From a virus: a stretch of 64,000 nt of DNA. The notes below the pieces were generated by a model, which searched no databases, was not told the DNA's origin, and saw nothing but the letters and a program-made list of their open reading frames with translations. Made by a program: the position numbers and the translations under genes. Positions 27,653-37,485 of this stretch are shown piece by piece; within the stretch, counting starts at the first letter, position 1; each line of letters begins with the position of its first letter. The DNA lies in IMG/VR virus record IMGVR_UViG_3300025102_000012, positions 1 through 64,000 of that record. The stretch is one strand, 5' to 3'.

Positions 27653-28936
27653 TTGGCTGTTCAGTTTAGTTTTGGGGAATCAACAAGAGTTCTTCCCGGT
27701 GATGAAAATATAATGAAAGAAAAGTTTGTTACTTTTTTATCAGAAGATGCAGATATAGAAAACTTTAGAGATAACATAGATATTGCTTTGGCAACTGCTA
27801 GAAGAAACGAAACCGAAAAAGAACTACAAGAAGAACTATCTAAGGTTTTAAAAGAAACATTAGAAGATAACGAGTCATCTTTAAAAATTTATGAATCTGA
27901 TGGAGAAGCGTTTGCAGAATACTTGCGTGGAGATACTGATGAAAATAAAAAATTTGCTAATGAAAATTCTTTATATGAAATTTTTACTGATAACGATAAG
28001 TATTTAGAAATGATAGGCGCTAGTTATTTAAAATACGGAAGAGATTTAAATAAATTACCGGATTATGATATAGATTCTTTTCTTAAGAGAGAAGGATTAG
28101 ACAAAGTATATTCTGAACAATCATCAATTGGTATCACATTACTGTTAGGAGAATATACTTCTGCTATGCAGACCTTATTAGAAGCATTCAAAGATAATCC
28201 TACTGAAGTATTAAAACAGCCGGATTTTATAAATAACCTTACTTTTAGATTCAAAATAGAAAGATTTTCAGAAAACCCCGATTTGTATTTAGAGATACCT
28301 CCTCAACCTTTAGGCGCAGAAAGTATGGCTGAGCAATTAAGAACTGATTATGTGAATTATATTAGAAAAGAATTAGGTATTCGTAGTGGTGGTTTTATAC
28401 CCGAAGGACAATATTATACAAGCGGAGTAGAATCTAAAGTAGAATATAAACCGTATAGTAAAAGAACTATTAGAGTAAATGTTGCTAAGGAGGTAAAAGA
28501 ATCCTTGAATTTGGAAAAAGTAATGAAGAACATAGAAGCCAATCTTTATACTCCTAATAATTTTGAAATGACTATTATGACTAAAAACATTTTTAATGAA
28601 ATATTAAAATCTGATTATATCAAATTCTTAAAAGGAAAACTAGAAAGCATAAAAGAAATTAACTTACTTGAATTACAACTAAACATTTTAACTCCTAAAA
28701 TAAAAAAGAAAGACTGGTCACAAGGAAGTGAAGAAGAAAAACAAAAGGCACTGTTGAGTCCATTCGCAAACTTACAAGTAAATGTAGAACTTAGAGAAGC
28801 AAAGATTGGTAAGTTTGATTTTAGTTATTATTCTAAAGCAGGAGAAATTAAAAAAGATAGAATGAATGACCATCTTAATGAAGTAAGAACTAAGGTAAAA
28901 TATTTGAGAAATTTTGGGGTAGACGGAGGAATATAA
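27653..28936 (+). CDS. Hypothetical protein
   Basis: 427 aa, GAGGAGG SD, TTG start. Confidence 0.65.
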   Translation: MAVQFSFGESTRVLPGDENIMKEKFVTFLSEDADIENFRDNIDIALATARRNETEKELQEELSKVLKETLEDNESSLKIYESDGEAFAEYLRGDTDENKKFANENSLYEIFTDNDKYLEMIGASYLKYGRDLNKLPDYDIDSFLKREGLDKVYSEQSSIGITLLLGEYTSAMQTLLEAFKDNPTEVLKQPDFINNLTFRFKIERFSENPDLYLEIPPQPLGAESMAEQLRTDYVNYIRKELGIRSGGFIPEGQYYTSGVESKVEYKPYSKRTIRVNVAKEVKESLNLEKVMKNIEANLYTPNNFEMTIMTKNIFNEILKSDYIKFLKGKLESIKEINLLELQLNILTPKIKKKDWSQGSEEEKQKALLSPFANLQVNVELREAKIGKFDFSYYSKAGEIKKDRMNDHLNEVRTKVKYLRNFGVDGGI

Positions 28937-28937
28937 A

Positions 28938-30278
28938 TTGTCAATAACCTCCTCCCCAAGTGACTATGCTTTAGCAGGGACTCCTGACTATTCTGCTGGA
29001 ATTGGTTTCTATACTGATTATATACAAGTTGCTGATTTATTACAAATTCCACATTTCGATGTTTCTGCTACTTATCCAACAAGAGCGCAAGTTGGTAATA
29101 TAATTAAAAGAGTAGAAGGAATGGTAGATGATAAATTAAAAAGAAGTTATAGACCTATTATTACTAAAAAAGAAATTCATAACTTTGAATATACTAATAG
29201 ACCGGGTAATACTCTTTTCGGAGGATATGTCGGGTTTATTCAATTAAGACAAATGAAGATACAAAAAATTATTTCTCTACAAGTTTGGTCGGGAAGCGGA
29301 TATAAAGAACTAGCATCGGCTCAATCAAAAATAGAATTATTAGAAGGATATAGAGATATTACTTCTATTATTTTACAATTACCAAATGAGAGTATAGAGT
29401 TTACAATGGCTTCAGAAAACAATGTTGCTAATTTAGGCAGTAATGAATTTTCAAATACCTTTGGAGTTAAAACAAGTGCTAATGATATAGTTTCATTAAT
29501 TAACGAAGAATTCCCTTCAATTAGACAATATACAAATGCTAGTGCTAAAAAGACCCTATTAGGAACACAAGTTTCCGACCCGTCAGTAAGTTCTAGTTTG
29601 TCCGTTTCAGACTTTTTCTTTGCTCAAAAAGAGGAAGGAAATGGGGCTAACATTCTCATTTCATCCCTACTTTCGGGGGACGATGGTTCGGACTGTATAG
29701 TAAAAATACAGACACAGCAGACTTGTACTGCAAATCTTAGTTCGGCAAACTTGACAGTGGCCGATTCTTCTAAACTAGCAGTTGGGATGATTGTTCAAGG
29801 AGCAGGAATTACCGGAAGCAAAACAATTTCTTCAATCACCGATGCAACTACAGTAGTTTTAGATAGTGGTTCGGGAATAACTAATAATAGTGGAACTTAT
29901 ACTTTTACGGCAGTAAATATTAGTGTCCCTAATGTGGCTAATGTTGTACCATTTACAGATAAAGAAGATATGAAAAGAAATGGAGATTATTGGCTATTAA
30001 GAGAAGAAGGAAGGATATTCTTTTTACAAGATTATCCGTACCATACTAGAAATTCAGTTTTTGTTTCTTACATGGCTGGAAATAATAGAGTTCCTGCGGC
30101 TGTTCACGAAGCGGCTACAAAATTAGTTGCGGCTGAAATTATACGACATGATGACCAAAGTGTGCTAATTACTGAAACAGGAGCAAATATTTCTACAAAA
30201 GAAAAATATGATATTCTTAAAAATGAGGCTATGGGCATTCTAAACGGAAAATCAGACATTGTTTACTTTATTGATTGA
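28938..30278 (+). CDS. Putative head-tail adaptor with inserted beta domains
   Basis: N-terminal YTDYIQVADLL...IKRVEGMVD and C-terminal VSYMAG...VPAAVHEAATKLVA resemble gp6/gp15-type adaptors. Confidence 0.6.
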   Translation: MSITSSPSDYALAGTPDYSAGIGFYTDYIQVADLLQIPHFDVSATYPTRAQVGNIIKRVEGMVDDKLKRSYRPIITKKEIHNFEYTNRPGNTLFGGYVGFIQLRQMKIQKIISLQVWSGSGYKELASAQSKIELLEGYRDITSIILQLPNESIEFTMASENNVANLGSNEFSNTFGVKTSANDIVSLINEEFPSIRQYTNASAKKTLLGTQVSDPSVSSSLSVSDFFFAQKEEGNGANILISSLLSGDDGSDCIVKIQTQQTCTANLSSANLTVADSSKLAVGMIVQGAGITGSKTISSITDATTVVLDSGSGITNNSGTYTFTAVNISVPNVANVVPFTDKEDMKRNGDYWLLREEGRIFFLQDYPYHTRNSVFVSYMAGNNRVPAAVHEAATKLVAAEIIRHDDQSVLITETGANISTKEKYDILKNEAMGILNGKSDIVYFID

Positions 30279-30288
30279 GGTGCATAAA

Positions 30289-30498
30289 ATGAATCTTGAT
30301 AATAAAAGAATGAAAGAATTTCTTAATATACAAAAAGAAAGACAATTAGCAATGAAAGAACTTTCTCAAATATTAGGAATAGATATTTCATTTTCAGAAA
30401 AAGAAATAATACAAAATGCTCAAGAGGAATATGCTAAATATGTTACAAAGGAAATTGAAAAGGAGGTATCGTCATTGATGAAGTCTCTCTTCTCATAG
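30289..30498 (+). CDS. Hypothetical neck-region protein
   Basis: GAGGTG SD before ATG30289. Confidence 0.55.
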   Translation: MNLDNKRMKEFLNIQKERQLAMKELSQILGIDISFSEKEIIQNAQEEYAKYVTKEIEKEVSSLMKSLFS

Positions 30499-30986
30499 AT
30501 TTAATTAATTCTAATTGGTCTAGTAGTGCTATTGCTTTAGAGGCTGATGGCACTATTCCTGCTTCCCATGCAGTTACTCCCGAAGTTATTGACATTAGGA
30601 GCATTACTGCAAACAAAGCACAAAGAGTTGATTTAGGTAAGTTTCCGGCAACAATTGTTATTTTTGAAGATTCTCAAAATATAGAATATCCTACAATTCA
30701 CTATGAAATTAGAAATGAAACTTATTCCTTTACTTTACATATTAGAGTGCTACATGATGAAAGGTCGGGCTTCGATTCCTCTTATGGTAAAGATAGGCTA
30801 AGGGCTATATACTTGATATTGCGTAGAGTGCTTGAAGGTAGTCGTAAAGGCTATACTGCAAGTGATGGCTCTAAATTCAGTCAATTGTTTGTAGGTTCAA
30901 GAAGCGAAAGTAATGACCGAGCAAAAAGATTATTCGGATATAAGGTGAGTTTAGAAGCAAAACGATTTAATTTAAGTATTCCCTAA
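30474..30986 (+). CDS. Putative tail completion/terminator protein; non-canonical ATT start
   Basis: Frame of tracked ORF 30747-30986 is open back to ATT30474 (DEVSLLIDLINSNW...), 6 nt after GGAGGT; lies just before the tail tube. Confidence 0.6.
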   Translation: MDEVSLLIDLINSNWSSSAIALEADGTIPASHAVTPEVIDIRSITANKAQRVDLGKFPATIVIFEDSQNIEYPTIHYEIRNETYSFTLHIRVLHDERSGFDSSYGKDRLRAIYLILRRVLEGSRKGYTASDGSKFSQLFVGSRSESNDRAKRLFGYKVSLEAKRFNLSIP

Positions 30987-31017
30987 GTAAGTAAGTAGGA
31001 AAAGGGGGAGATATAAA

Positions 31018-33246
31018 ATGGTAAATAGAGACATATTTTTAGGAAGCGGGGCAAGTTTAACTTTTGTTCCCGAAACAGACATAGCGATAACAACGAATGG
31101 AACAACGGGCGATTTAAGCACAATAACATTTTCATCAACATTCACAACAGATTTTTCACTCGTAAATAATCTATATGTTGGTTGTATAATAAAGAGATAC
31201 GCTAACGGAACTAACGCTTTCAAAAGTTCTCATAGAGTAACTGGAAATACTGCTACTACCGTTGATATTTCTCCTGCCGCTAAAAGCGTATTAAATAATG
31301 ATTATTTTGTTATTGAGGCTTATGGTGCGCCAACTCCCGGTGGTAAAGACGGCACTATCAAACACTTACTTGCTGATGAATGGTTAGGTATTGTAGAGAG
31401 TGCAACATTTCCTACAACTGAAGTCGAAACAAAACAAATGAATCTATCATTAGGAGGAAGTAGAAATAAAACATACCAATACAAAGGAATCGAAACTGCT
31501 AGTGGTGGTAATTTTGCATTTGTGGCTAATCATGCTTCTTTCTTGTATTACTTCTTTGGAAGATGCACAGAATTAGTATGCACTACAACTGCCGCTAGTG
31601 GAAGTATAACTGCAACTGCTGTTGATTCGGGCGATACTGGTAAATTCCATATTGATACAAATGGAGTATCTTTAACAAATGGTTCTACAAGTGCATTTGT
31701 AGAAACTGGGCCAATATTTACTAGAGCAATTTTAACAACCCCAACTCCACATTTTAATCCTGCAATTATTGGAGGAAGTGCTAGTGCAACATTAGCAACT
31801 CCTACAATATCAAACGCAGGAGCGCAAATAGAAGCAGATAATTCCATTATAACTGATTTTACTGGTGTCGGAGGATTAACAATTACTGGTGGAGAATTAG
31901 TCCTTACTCTAAGTGCCGAAACCTCTACTGTTACTTTCCCTGCTGAAAGTGGCTCAAACTATAATAGTGGATTTTTAACAATTAATTTGGCTAGTCCTAG
32001 TGGAGCAAATGGAGTTACTACCTTAGATATACTATTTGATGCTAGAAGCGCAACAGTAGCAACATCTACTGGTGAAGATTCAGTTACAGTATTAATTCAA
32101 AACAGCGCTACTGGTGCTGAAATAGCACAATCAGTATTAACAGCATTAGCAGGAAAAGATGTAACTGTTACAAGAAGTGGAGCAATTTTAACTATTACAA
32201 ATAAAACTGGAGGATATGTCGGTGCTGCTCATATTACTGAAACTACTACTACTGCTACAACTGAAACAATGGGAAGCGTAGCCGGAGGAATTGTTACGGC
32301 AGTTTCGGTTACAGATGCAGGTTCTTCTGTTAGCGGAAGTGGAAATCTAACTTTAACAGCCAATACTACTGGCGGAACAAATATTGATGCAGTAATAGCA
32401 TTAGCCGCACAAAGCGCAAATCCTCTTACTGGTTTAACTGTTCTAACAGAACCAACAGAATCATCGGGATTAATACAGAATCACATAGAATATACCTTTG
32501 GTGAACAAGATGGTGATTTACTTCCTTCATTCGCAATAGAACAAGTATTCAGTAAACTGGCGACAACTACCAATACATACAGAACAGAAACAGATAATGC
32601 TGATGAGAGCCTAAACTTTGTTAAGATTGCTAGAGGTTGTAGAGTTAATACTCTAACAATGACCGCTAATGCAAACGAAGAAGTTAAAATGACTATGGAT
32701 TATAATACTAGAAATGTTCATTCATTAGAAAGAACAGAACCTTACGAAGCAAGAAGGGGCATAGAAACCGAAACTGATTTCATTAACTATACTAGTTCTA
32801 GTATTGCCCCAACCTTCCTAGAACCGTTTTTCTTTTCTGATGGAACCTTCAGTATTTTTGGAGAGAGTTTCCTAAAGATAACAACAATGAGTTTAACCAT
32901 GAATAACAATCTTCAAGATAAAAGATTCTTAGGTGTAGGAAGTAAATCCATTCAAGAGGCTATTCCTGCTGAAAGAACTTATGAATTACAATTTAATGGC
33001 CATGTTACTAATGATAAACTATACACTGAATTACTAAAAACTCAAGAAAACACTACTCAAGATATAGAATTAATATTTGCTAAAGCAAATGGAGAATCTA
33101 TCACTCTCAAATTTAAGGATTATTTTGTTTCGGCAAATAATTTCCCAATACCCGATGATAAGGGAGCAATTGAAGTAGAAACTACTGTTATGCCTAGAAA
33201 TCTAGCAGAATGTAAAGTTAAAACTCATTGGATTCTACAGGGGTGA
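31018..33246 (+). CDS. Major tail (tube) protein with large T/G/A-rich insertion
   Basis: ARGCRVNTLTMTA...PFFFSDG...SLTMNNNL motifs of tube proteins; upstream of chaperones and TMP. Confidence 0.7.
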   Translation: MVNRDIFLGSGASLTFVPETDIAITTNGTTGDLSTITFSSTFTTDFSLVNNLYVGCIIKRYANGTNAFKSSHRVTGNTATTVDISPAAKSVLNNDYFVIEAYGAPTPGGKDGTIKHLLADEWLGIVESATFPTTEVETKQMNLSLGGSRNKTYQYKGIETASGGNFAFVANHASFLYYFFGRCTELVCTTTAASGSITATAVDSGDTGKFHIDTNGVSLTNGSTSAFVETGPIFTRAILTTPTPHFNPAIIGGSASATLATPTISNAGAQIEADNSIITDFTGVGGLTITGGELVLTLSAETSTVTFPAESGSNYNSGFLTINLASPSGANGVTTLDILFDARSATVATSTGEDSVTVLIQNSATGAEIAQSVLTALAGKDVTVTRSGAILTITNKTGGYVGAAHITETTTTATTETMGSVAGGIVTAVSVTDAGSSVSGSGNLTLTANTTGGTNIDAVIALAAQSANPLTGLTVLTEPTESSGLIQNHIEYTFGEQDGDLLPSFAIEQVFSKLATTTNTYRTETDNADESLNFVKIARGCRVNTLTMTANANEEVKMTMDYNTRNVHSLERTEPYEARRGIETETDFINYTSSSIAPTFLEPFFFSDGTFSIFGESFLKITTMSLTMNNNLQDKRFLGVGSKSIQEAIPAERTYELQFNGHVTNDKLYTELLKTQENTTQDIELIFAKANGESITLKFKDYFVSANNFPIPDDKGAIEVETTVMPRNLAECKVKTHWILQG

Positions 33247-33250
33247 TTAA

Positions 33251-33364
33251 GTGGTTTCAAAATATACAAAACATTTACAGATTCTAGAAAAAAGTAAGGA
33301 GGTTGTTGAGGAAAAGCCCGCTAAGAAAAAAAGGGCGACTAAACCTAAGACAACCAAAAAATAA
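33251..33364 (+). CDS. Small basic peptide (37 aa)
   Basis: GGTGA SD, GTG start, K-rich C-terminus. Confidence 0.4.
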   Translation: MVSKYTKHLQILEKSKEVVEEKPAKKKRATKPKTTKK

Positions 33365-33413
33365 TATTCCACCAACACCGTTTGTTTGTTTGTTGGTTTA
33401 GAGGTGGAGAAAT

Positions 33414-33776
33414 ATGGATAAGAAAATAATACAGGATAAAAGTGCGCTATTTGCGCTAACTGAGCCTATGCTACATTATGTAAAAGTAGCGCCCGAACAA
33501 GAAGAATACCTCAAGGTATGGGTAAAAGAACCCACATGGATTGAGGTAGATAGAGCCATGAATAACATGATGAAGATTGATGCTAAGAATCAAGATATTG
33601 AATTAGACATCAATGCTATGTTTAAATTCATGGTAGAAAATTTTATTGTTAAGACGGAACCAAGTCTTTCAGCAATAGAAGTATTAAGACTCACTCCCTA
33701 TATAGGGAATCAATTAAAAGAAATTCTTCCGAACCCCTTTACGGCATTTGAAGAGGACTCGGAAAAAAACGACTAG
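33414..33776 (+). CDS. Tail assembly chaperone (gpG-like)
   Basis: Between tube and TMP; ends with slippery A AAA AAC. Confidence 0.7.
   Translation: MDKKIIQDKSALFALTEPMLHYVKVAPEQEEYLKVWVKEPTWIEVDRAMNNMMKIDAKNQDIELDINAMFKFMVENFIVKTEPSLSAIEVLRLTPYIGNQLKEILPNPFTAFEEDSEKND
33764..33770 (+). promoter_or_regulatory. Programmed -1 ribosomal frameshift slippery heptamer A AAA AAC
   Basis: X XXY YYZ in correct phase; -1 frame reads AAA AAA CGA CTA GTG into ORF 33776-33985. Confidence 0.75.
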
Positions 33777-33985
33777 TGAGAGGAGCATTAAGAGGAAGCA
33801 AATCTAGTCCAAAGATTGCTTCTCTCATAGTTGTTTATTCACTTTCAAAGGCTTTGGGAATAAGCCCGATGGAAGTGTACAAAATGCCAATGAGTCTTGT
33901 AAAAGACTTACTAATGGTGCATAAGGAAGTAGAAGAACTACAAGCAGAAGAAATGGATAAAATAATGAAAAAATCAAAGATGTGA
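33776..33985 (+). CDS. Tail chaperone frameshift extension (gpT-like)
   Basis: -1 frame relative to upstream ORF; LGISPMEVYKMP motif; no clear SD of its own. Confidence 0.65.
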   Translation: MRGALRGSKSSPKIASLIVVYSLSKALGISPMEVYKMPMSLVKDLLMVHKEVEELQAEEMDKIMKKSKM

Positions 33986-33989
33986 TAGA

Positions 33990-35696
33990 ATGACAGTAAA
34001 TCTCAATGCTATGCAAGGCGCAGTAAACGCTATGAAAAAAGCAATTGATGATTTAGATAAATCCTTTAATGTTTCAAAAGAAACTGTAAAAGAAACTACC
34101 AAAACAATAAAAGAAGCCGAAAAAGCACAAGTGGCCTTTACTAGAAGAACTACTATATTTAGAAGAGTTGCTAAAGATAATGCGGGAGTCGTAAAGTTTG
34201 GCTACAAAACTCTCAAAGAGTTTACTGACGGTAAAGGCGGAACAAGAGAAGCAGGAACAGCATTAGAGTATTTGGCCGGGTTTCTTTCAGGTTCAAGCGA
34301 ACAGTTGCGAATATTTGGTTTTGAAGTTTCGGGCGTTAGAAGATTTCTTTACGGATTTATGCCAGCAGGAACTTTTAGTTTACTAAATAGAACCGCTACT
34401 ATTTTTAATACTATAGGTGGAGCAGTTCGTTTCTTTAGAGGCAATTTAGATGATACAAAAGGTTCTCTCAAGGGTTCTTTAAAAATGATGAAATCACTAC
34501 TGCCTTCATTTTCAGGATTTGGCAGAAGCGAACTAATGAAATCATCTAAAAAAGGAATGAAATTCTATGATAAAAAACTAAGAAATACAGAAAGAGCATT
34601 ACAAGGCTCTAACTTAAGTCAATCTACTAGAGATGAATTAATTTCCGCAAGGGGTAGGTTCCAAAAAAGAAGAGATACTAATAGAGAAACTTTTCTAAAT
34701 CAGAAAAGACTTCGTAGAAGCGGTATGTTTAATGATATGACAGGAGGATTCTTCAAAGGAATAGGAAGTGGTAAAGAATTCTTAGGAGGAGAAAAGGGAG
34801 ATAGTATGAAAAATATACTAAAGAAATCTCCTATAGTAAAAATGACTATGGGTTTGTTTACTGTATTAAAAGGTATTAAATGGCGAGAACTAATAGGAGG
34901 AGGATTGAAAAAACTATTCAAAGGAGCAGGTATGTTCTTTGTAACAGTTATGAGATTTACTTTATATTTCACTTTAATGATTACTGCGGCCTTTATTTTA
35001 TTCCATGCTCTAAAAACACCTATCATGGAAGCCTTTGAATACTTAAAAACAACACTTACTTTCGCATTTGCTATTATAGGTGCTGGATTTGCGACTATAT
35101 GGGAAGGAATTAGCGAAATATATACTGCATTTAAGAATGGAGATTTCTTTGGCGTATTGATGGGAGTTTGGACTATTGTGTGGGGCGTATTACAAATAGC
35201 GGGTGGACTCTTTATTGCTGTATTAGGCGGTTTAGGAGCATTAATAGTTGGGTTTATTGCAGGTCTTGGAAGAGGAATATTCAATTTCTTCACCGATTGG
35301 AAAGGAGGCTTACAAAAGAATATCGGTAAAGTTGTTATACTAGTTGGTGTTATATTAGGTTTACTTTTCGGTTGGCCTATTGTTATAGCAGGATTAATAT
35401 TTGCGGCTGTTGGTGCTTTGTTTAAGAAATTAAAATTCTTTGGAGATGGTGGTGTTTCTAGTGGAGGGATGGCCGTTGTTGGAGAAAGAGGCCCCGAATT
35501 AGTTAATCTACCAAGAGGAAGTAGAGTTCATAGTAGCACCCAAAGTAGAAAGATGTCAAGTAGTTCTAATGTCTTCAATATTACAATTAATGCTAGAGAT
35601 ACTTCGGATTCTGAACTACGAAGAATTGCTGATAAAATAGGAAACATGGTAAATAATAAAGTGAATCGAAGAACAGGTTCGGGAACATTAGGGTGA
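33990..35696 (+). CDS. Tape measure protein
   Basis: Helical, hydrophobic G-rich central region; C-terminal FGDGG...VVGERGPELV motif. Confidence 0.8.
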   Translation: MTVNLNAMQGAVNAMKKAIDDLDKSFNVSKETVKETTKTIKEAEKAQVAFTRRTTIFRRVAKDNAGVVKFGYKTLKEFTDGKGGTREAGTALEYLAGFLSGSSEQLRIFGFEVSGVRRFLYGFMPAGTFSLLNRTATIFNTIGGAVRFFRGNLDDTKGSLKGSLKMMKSLLPSFSGFGRSELMKSSKKGMKFYDKKLRNTERALQGSNLSQSTRDELISARGRFQKRRDTNRETFLNQKRLRRSGMFNDMTGGFFKGIGSGKEFLGGEKGDSMKNILKKSPIVKMTMGLFTVLKGIKWRELIGGGLKKLFKGAGMFFVTVMRFTLYFTLMITAAFILFHALKTPIMEAFEYLKTTLTFAFAIIGAGFATIWEGISEIYTAFKNGDFFGVLMGVWTIVWGVLQIAGGLFIAVLGGLGALIVGFIAGLGRGIFNFFTDWKGGLQKNIGKVVILVGVILGLLFGWPIVIAGLIFAAVGALFKKLKFFGDGGVSSGGMAVVGERGPELVNLPRGSRVHSSTQSRKMSSSSNVFNITINARDTSDSELRRIADKIGNMVNNKVNRRTGSGTLG

Positions 35697-35700
35697 TTAA

Positions 35701-36324
35701 ATGGCATCAAGAGACTATTATGTATATTTAAAACTACAATCGTATAAAGGTAGTAACATACAAGTAAACACTATACCATTAAGAGTGAATTCTGTAGGTG
35801 TAACAACTGATAAAACAATACCTGCGTTTGGTATTCCATTTAGTTCTTTAGCCACAGGAGAGTCAGTAACTTTAGCCTTAGACCTAGCCAAATCAAATAA
35901 ACAACTAAACCTAAGGGGGATTATAACCGATATGCCAATTACTAAAAAATTTGGAAAAAATCCCGCTATTACTAGGGACTTTACTGGTGCTGAAATAGCG
36001 CAGATGATTGCTTCGGGTGTAGACGCTACTGGTATTGCTATAAACCAAGCGTTTCAAGAATTAGTCGTATTAATACCTTCAAAGGTAGATTCTAATTATA
36101 ATGCTAGAAGTTCCGAATTATTTGTTCCACTTAATTTTTCTGCTAGAGGAGATGCTTTAGAATTTGATAATCAAAGAGTAGTTGCTCCAATATCGTCATT
36201 CCCCGATTCAGAAACGGCCAAAGGACTACCGGGATTTATTCGTAATTTTAATTTTACACTAAATGCAGAAACAGTAGAAATAGAATTTACTATGGATTTC
36301 CAAGTCGCTACTATTTTACCATGA
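35701..36324 (+). CDS. Putative distal tail protein
   Basis: Directly after TMP; beta-rich. Confidence 0.5.
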   Translation: MASRDYYVYLKLQSYKGSNIQVNTIPLRVNSVGVTTDKTIPAFGIPFSSLATGESVTLALDLAKSNKQLNLRGIITDMPITKKFGKNPAITRDFTGAEIAQMIASGVDATGIAINQAFQELVVLIPSKVDSNYNARSSELFVPLNFSARGDALEFDNQRVVAPISSFPDSETAKGLPGFIRNFNFTLNAETVEIEFTMDFQVATILP

Positions 36325-36333
36325 GGTGATTAA

Positions 36334-37485
36334 TTGTATAATATATTAGCAGGTAATCAAAGAGCATTGATATTTCCTGTTTTATGTAATGGATTTGTTA
36401 AAGTAGATTATGAAGATAATATATCCGATACTAATTCAAATAACGATAACACCGATGATGTGGCTTATGGTCTTTGGTCGCACAGTGGTTCATTTACTTT
36501 TGAAGCAATCGTTACGCCTTATGATATAAACGGATATGGGACTTATAGTTCTAGAACTCAACCAACTATTACTAACAATAGAAGAATAATGCCAGCATTA
36601 CAAGCAGCGATATATGCCTCAGGAAATAAAAATAATTATCAAAGCGAAATATATCTATCTAGAACCGCTAGACTAACACACGAAATGCGACTATTTACTA
36701 GTGATAATTTTACTATATCTTTAGTGAATGATACTAAGCATAATGAAAACAACCCTGCTAGGTTTAAACTAAAAGCAACTCTTAAATTAGGAACTGCTGC
36801 AATAGAAACCTTTGAGACTCCTGTGTGTATTTCTCCTACCTTTTCTAAACAATTTAATTATGTTAATTCTAATAGTCTTAAAGGGTTTGATTCGGAAGGA
36901 AGGCAAAAGTTTGAGTTTATTGGAACATTAACTTCTCATAGTGGGGCAACATTAGATAATTCAAATAACGATTATACAACAACTAATCTTTTTAACGGTG
37001 ATAATTTAGAAATGTTCTATAAAGATGGATTTAATTATGTTTCATTAGGCACAATATCTACTGCTACTGCTTCACAAATCGTATTAACAAATTCTTTTTC
37101 TACTCAATTAAGTAGCCTAACTGAATTATATATTAAGTCAGATACAGAACCTACTTACATAAATGAGTCATTTCATATTGGTTTTGTTTTTAATATTACT
37201 GATAAAGCAGTTAATTTTTACATAAACGGAAATCTATTTTCTCAACATACTTATTCTGATACAGCAGAAGATTTTACATTTGGAAAGAATGATTGTTTTA
37301 TTGGCGCTACAGGTAGTGGGGCAAAGGGTACAGGTAGTGCAACAACCAATAAGCAATTTATGGGAGAGTTACATGAATTAAGTATGATGGGAGTTGCTAG
37401 GAATAATATACCATTTATTTCTAATTTATTACCAAACTATAATGACACTCTTCTTTATCTTAGGTTTGAGGAGGTAGACGAGTAA
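36334..37485 (+). CDS. Tail protein with LamG/concanavalin-like domain
   Basis: SFTFEAIV, FHIGFVF...FYING...FIGA...FMGELHEL pattern. Confidence 0.6.
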   Translation: MYNILAGNQRALIFPVLCNGFVKVDYEDNISDTNSNNDNTDDVAYGLWSHSGSFTFEAIVTPYDINGYGTYSSRTQPTITNNRRIMPALQAAIYASGNKNNYQSEIYLSRTARLTHEMRLFTSDNFTISLVNDTKHNENNPARFKLKATLKLGTAAIETFETPVCISPTFSKQFNYVNSNSLKGFDSEGRQKFEFIGTLTSHSGATLDNSNNDYTTTNLFNGDNLEMFYKDGFNYVSLGTISTATASQIVLTNSFSTQLSSLTELYIKSDTEPTYINESFHIGFVFNITDKAVNFYINGNLFSQHTYSDTAEDFTFGKNDCFIGATGSGAKGTGSATTNKQFMGELHELSMMGVARNNIPFISNLLPNYNDTLLYLRFEEVDE

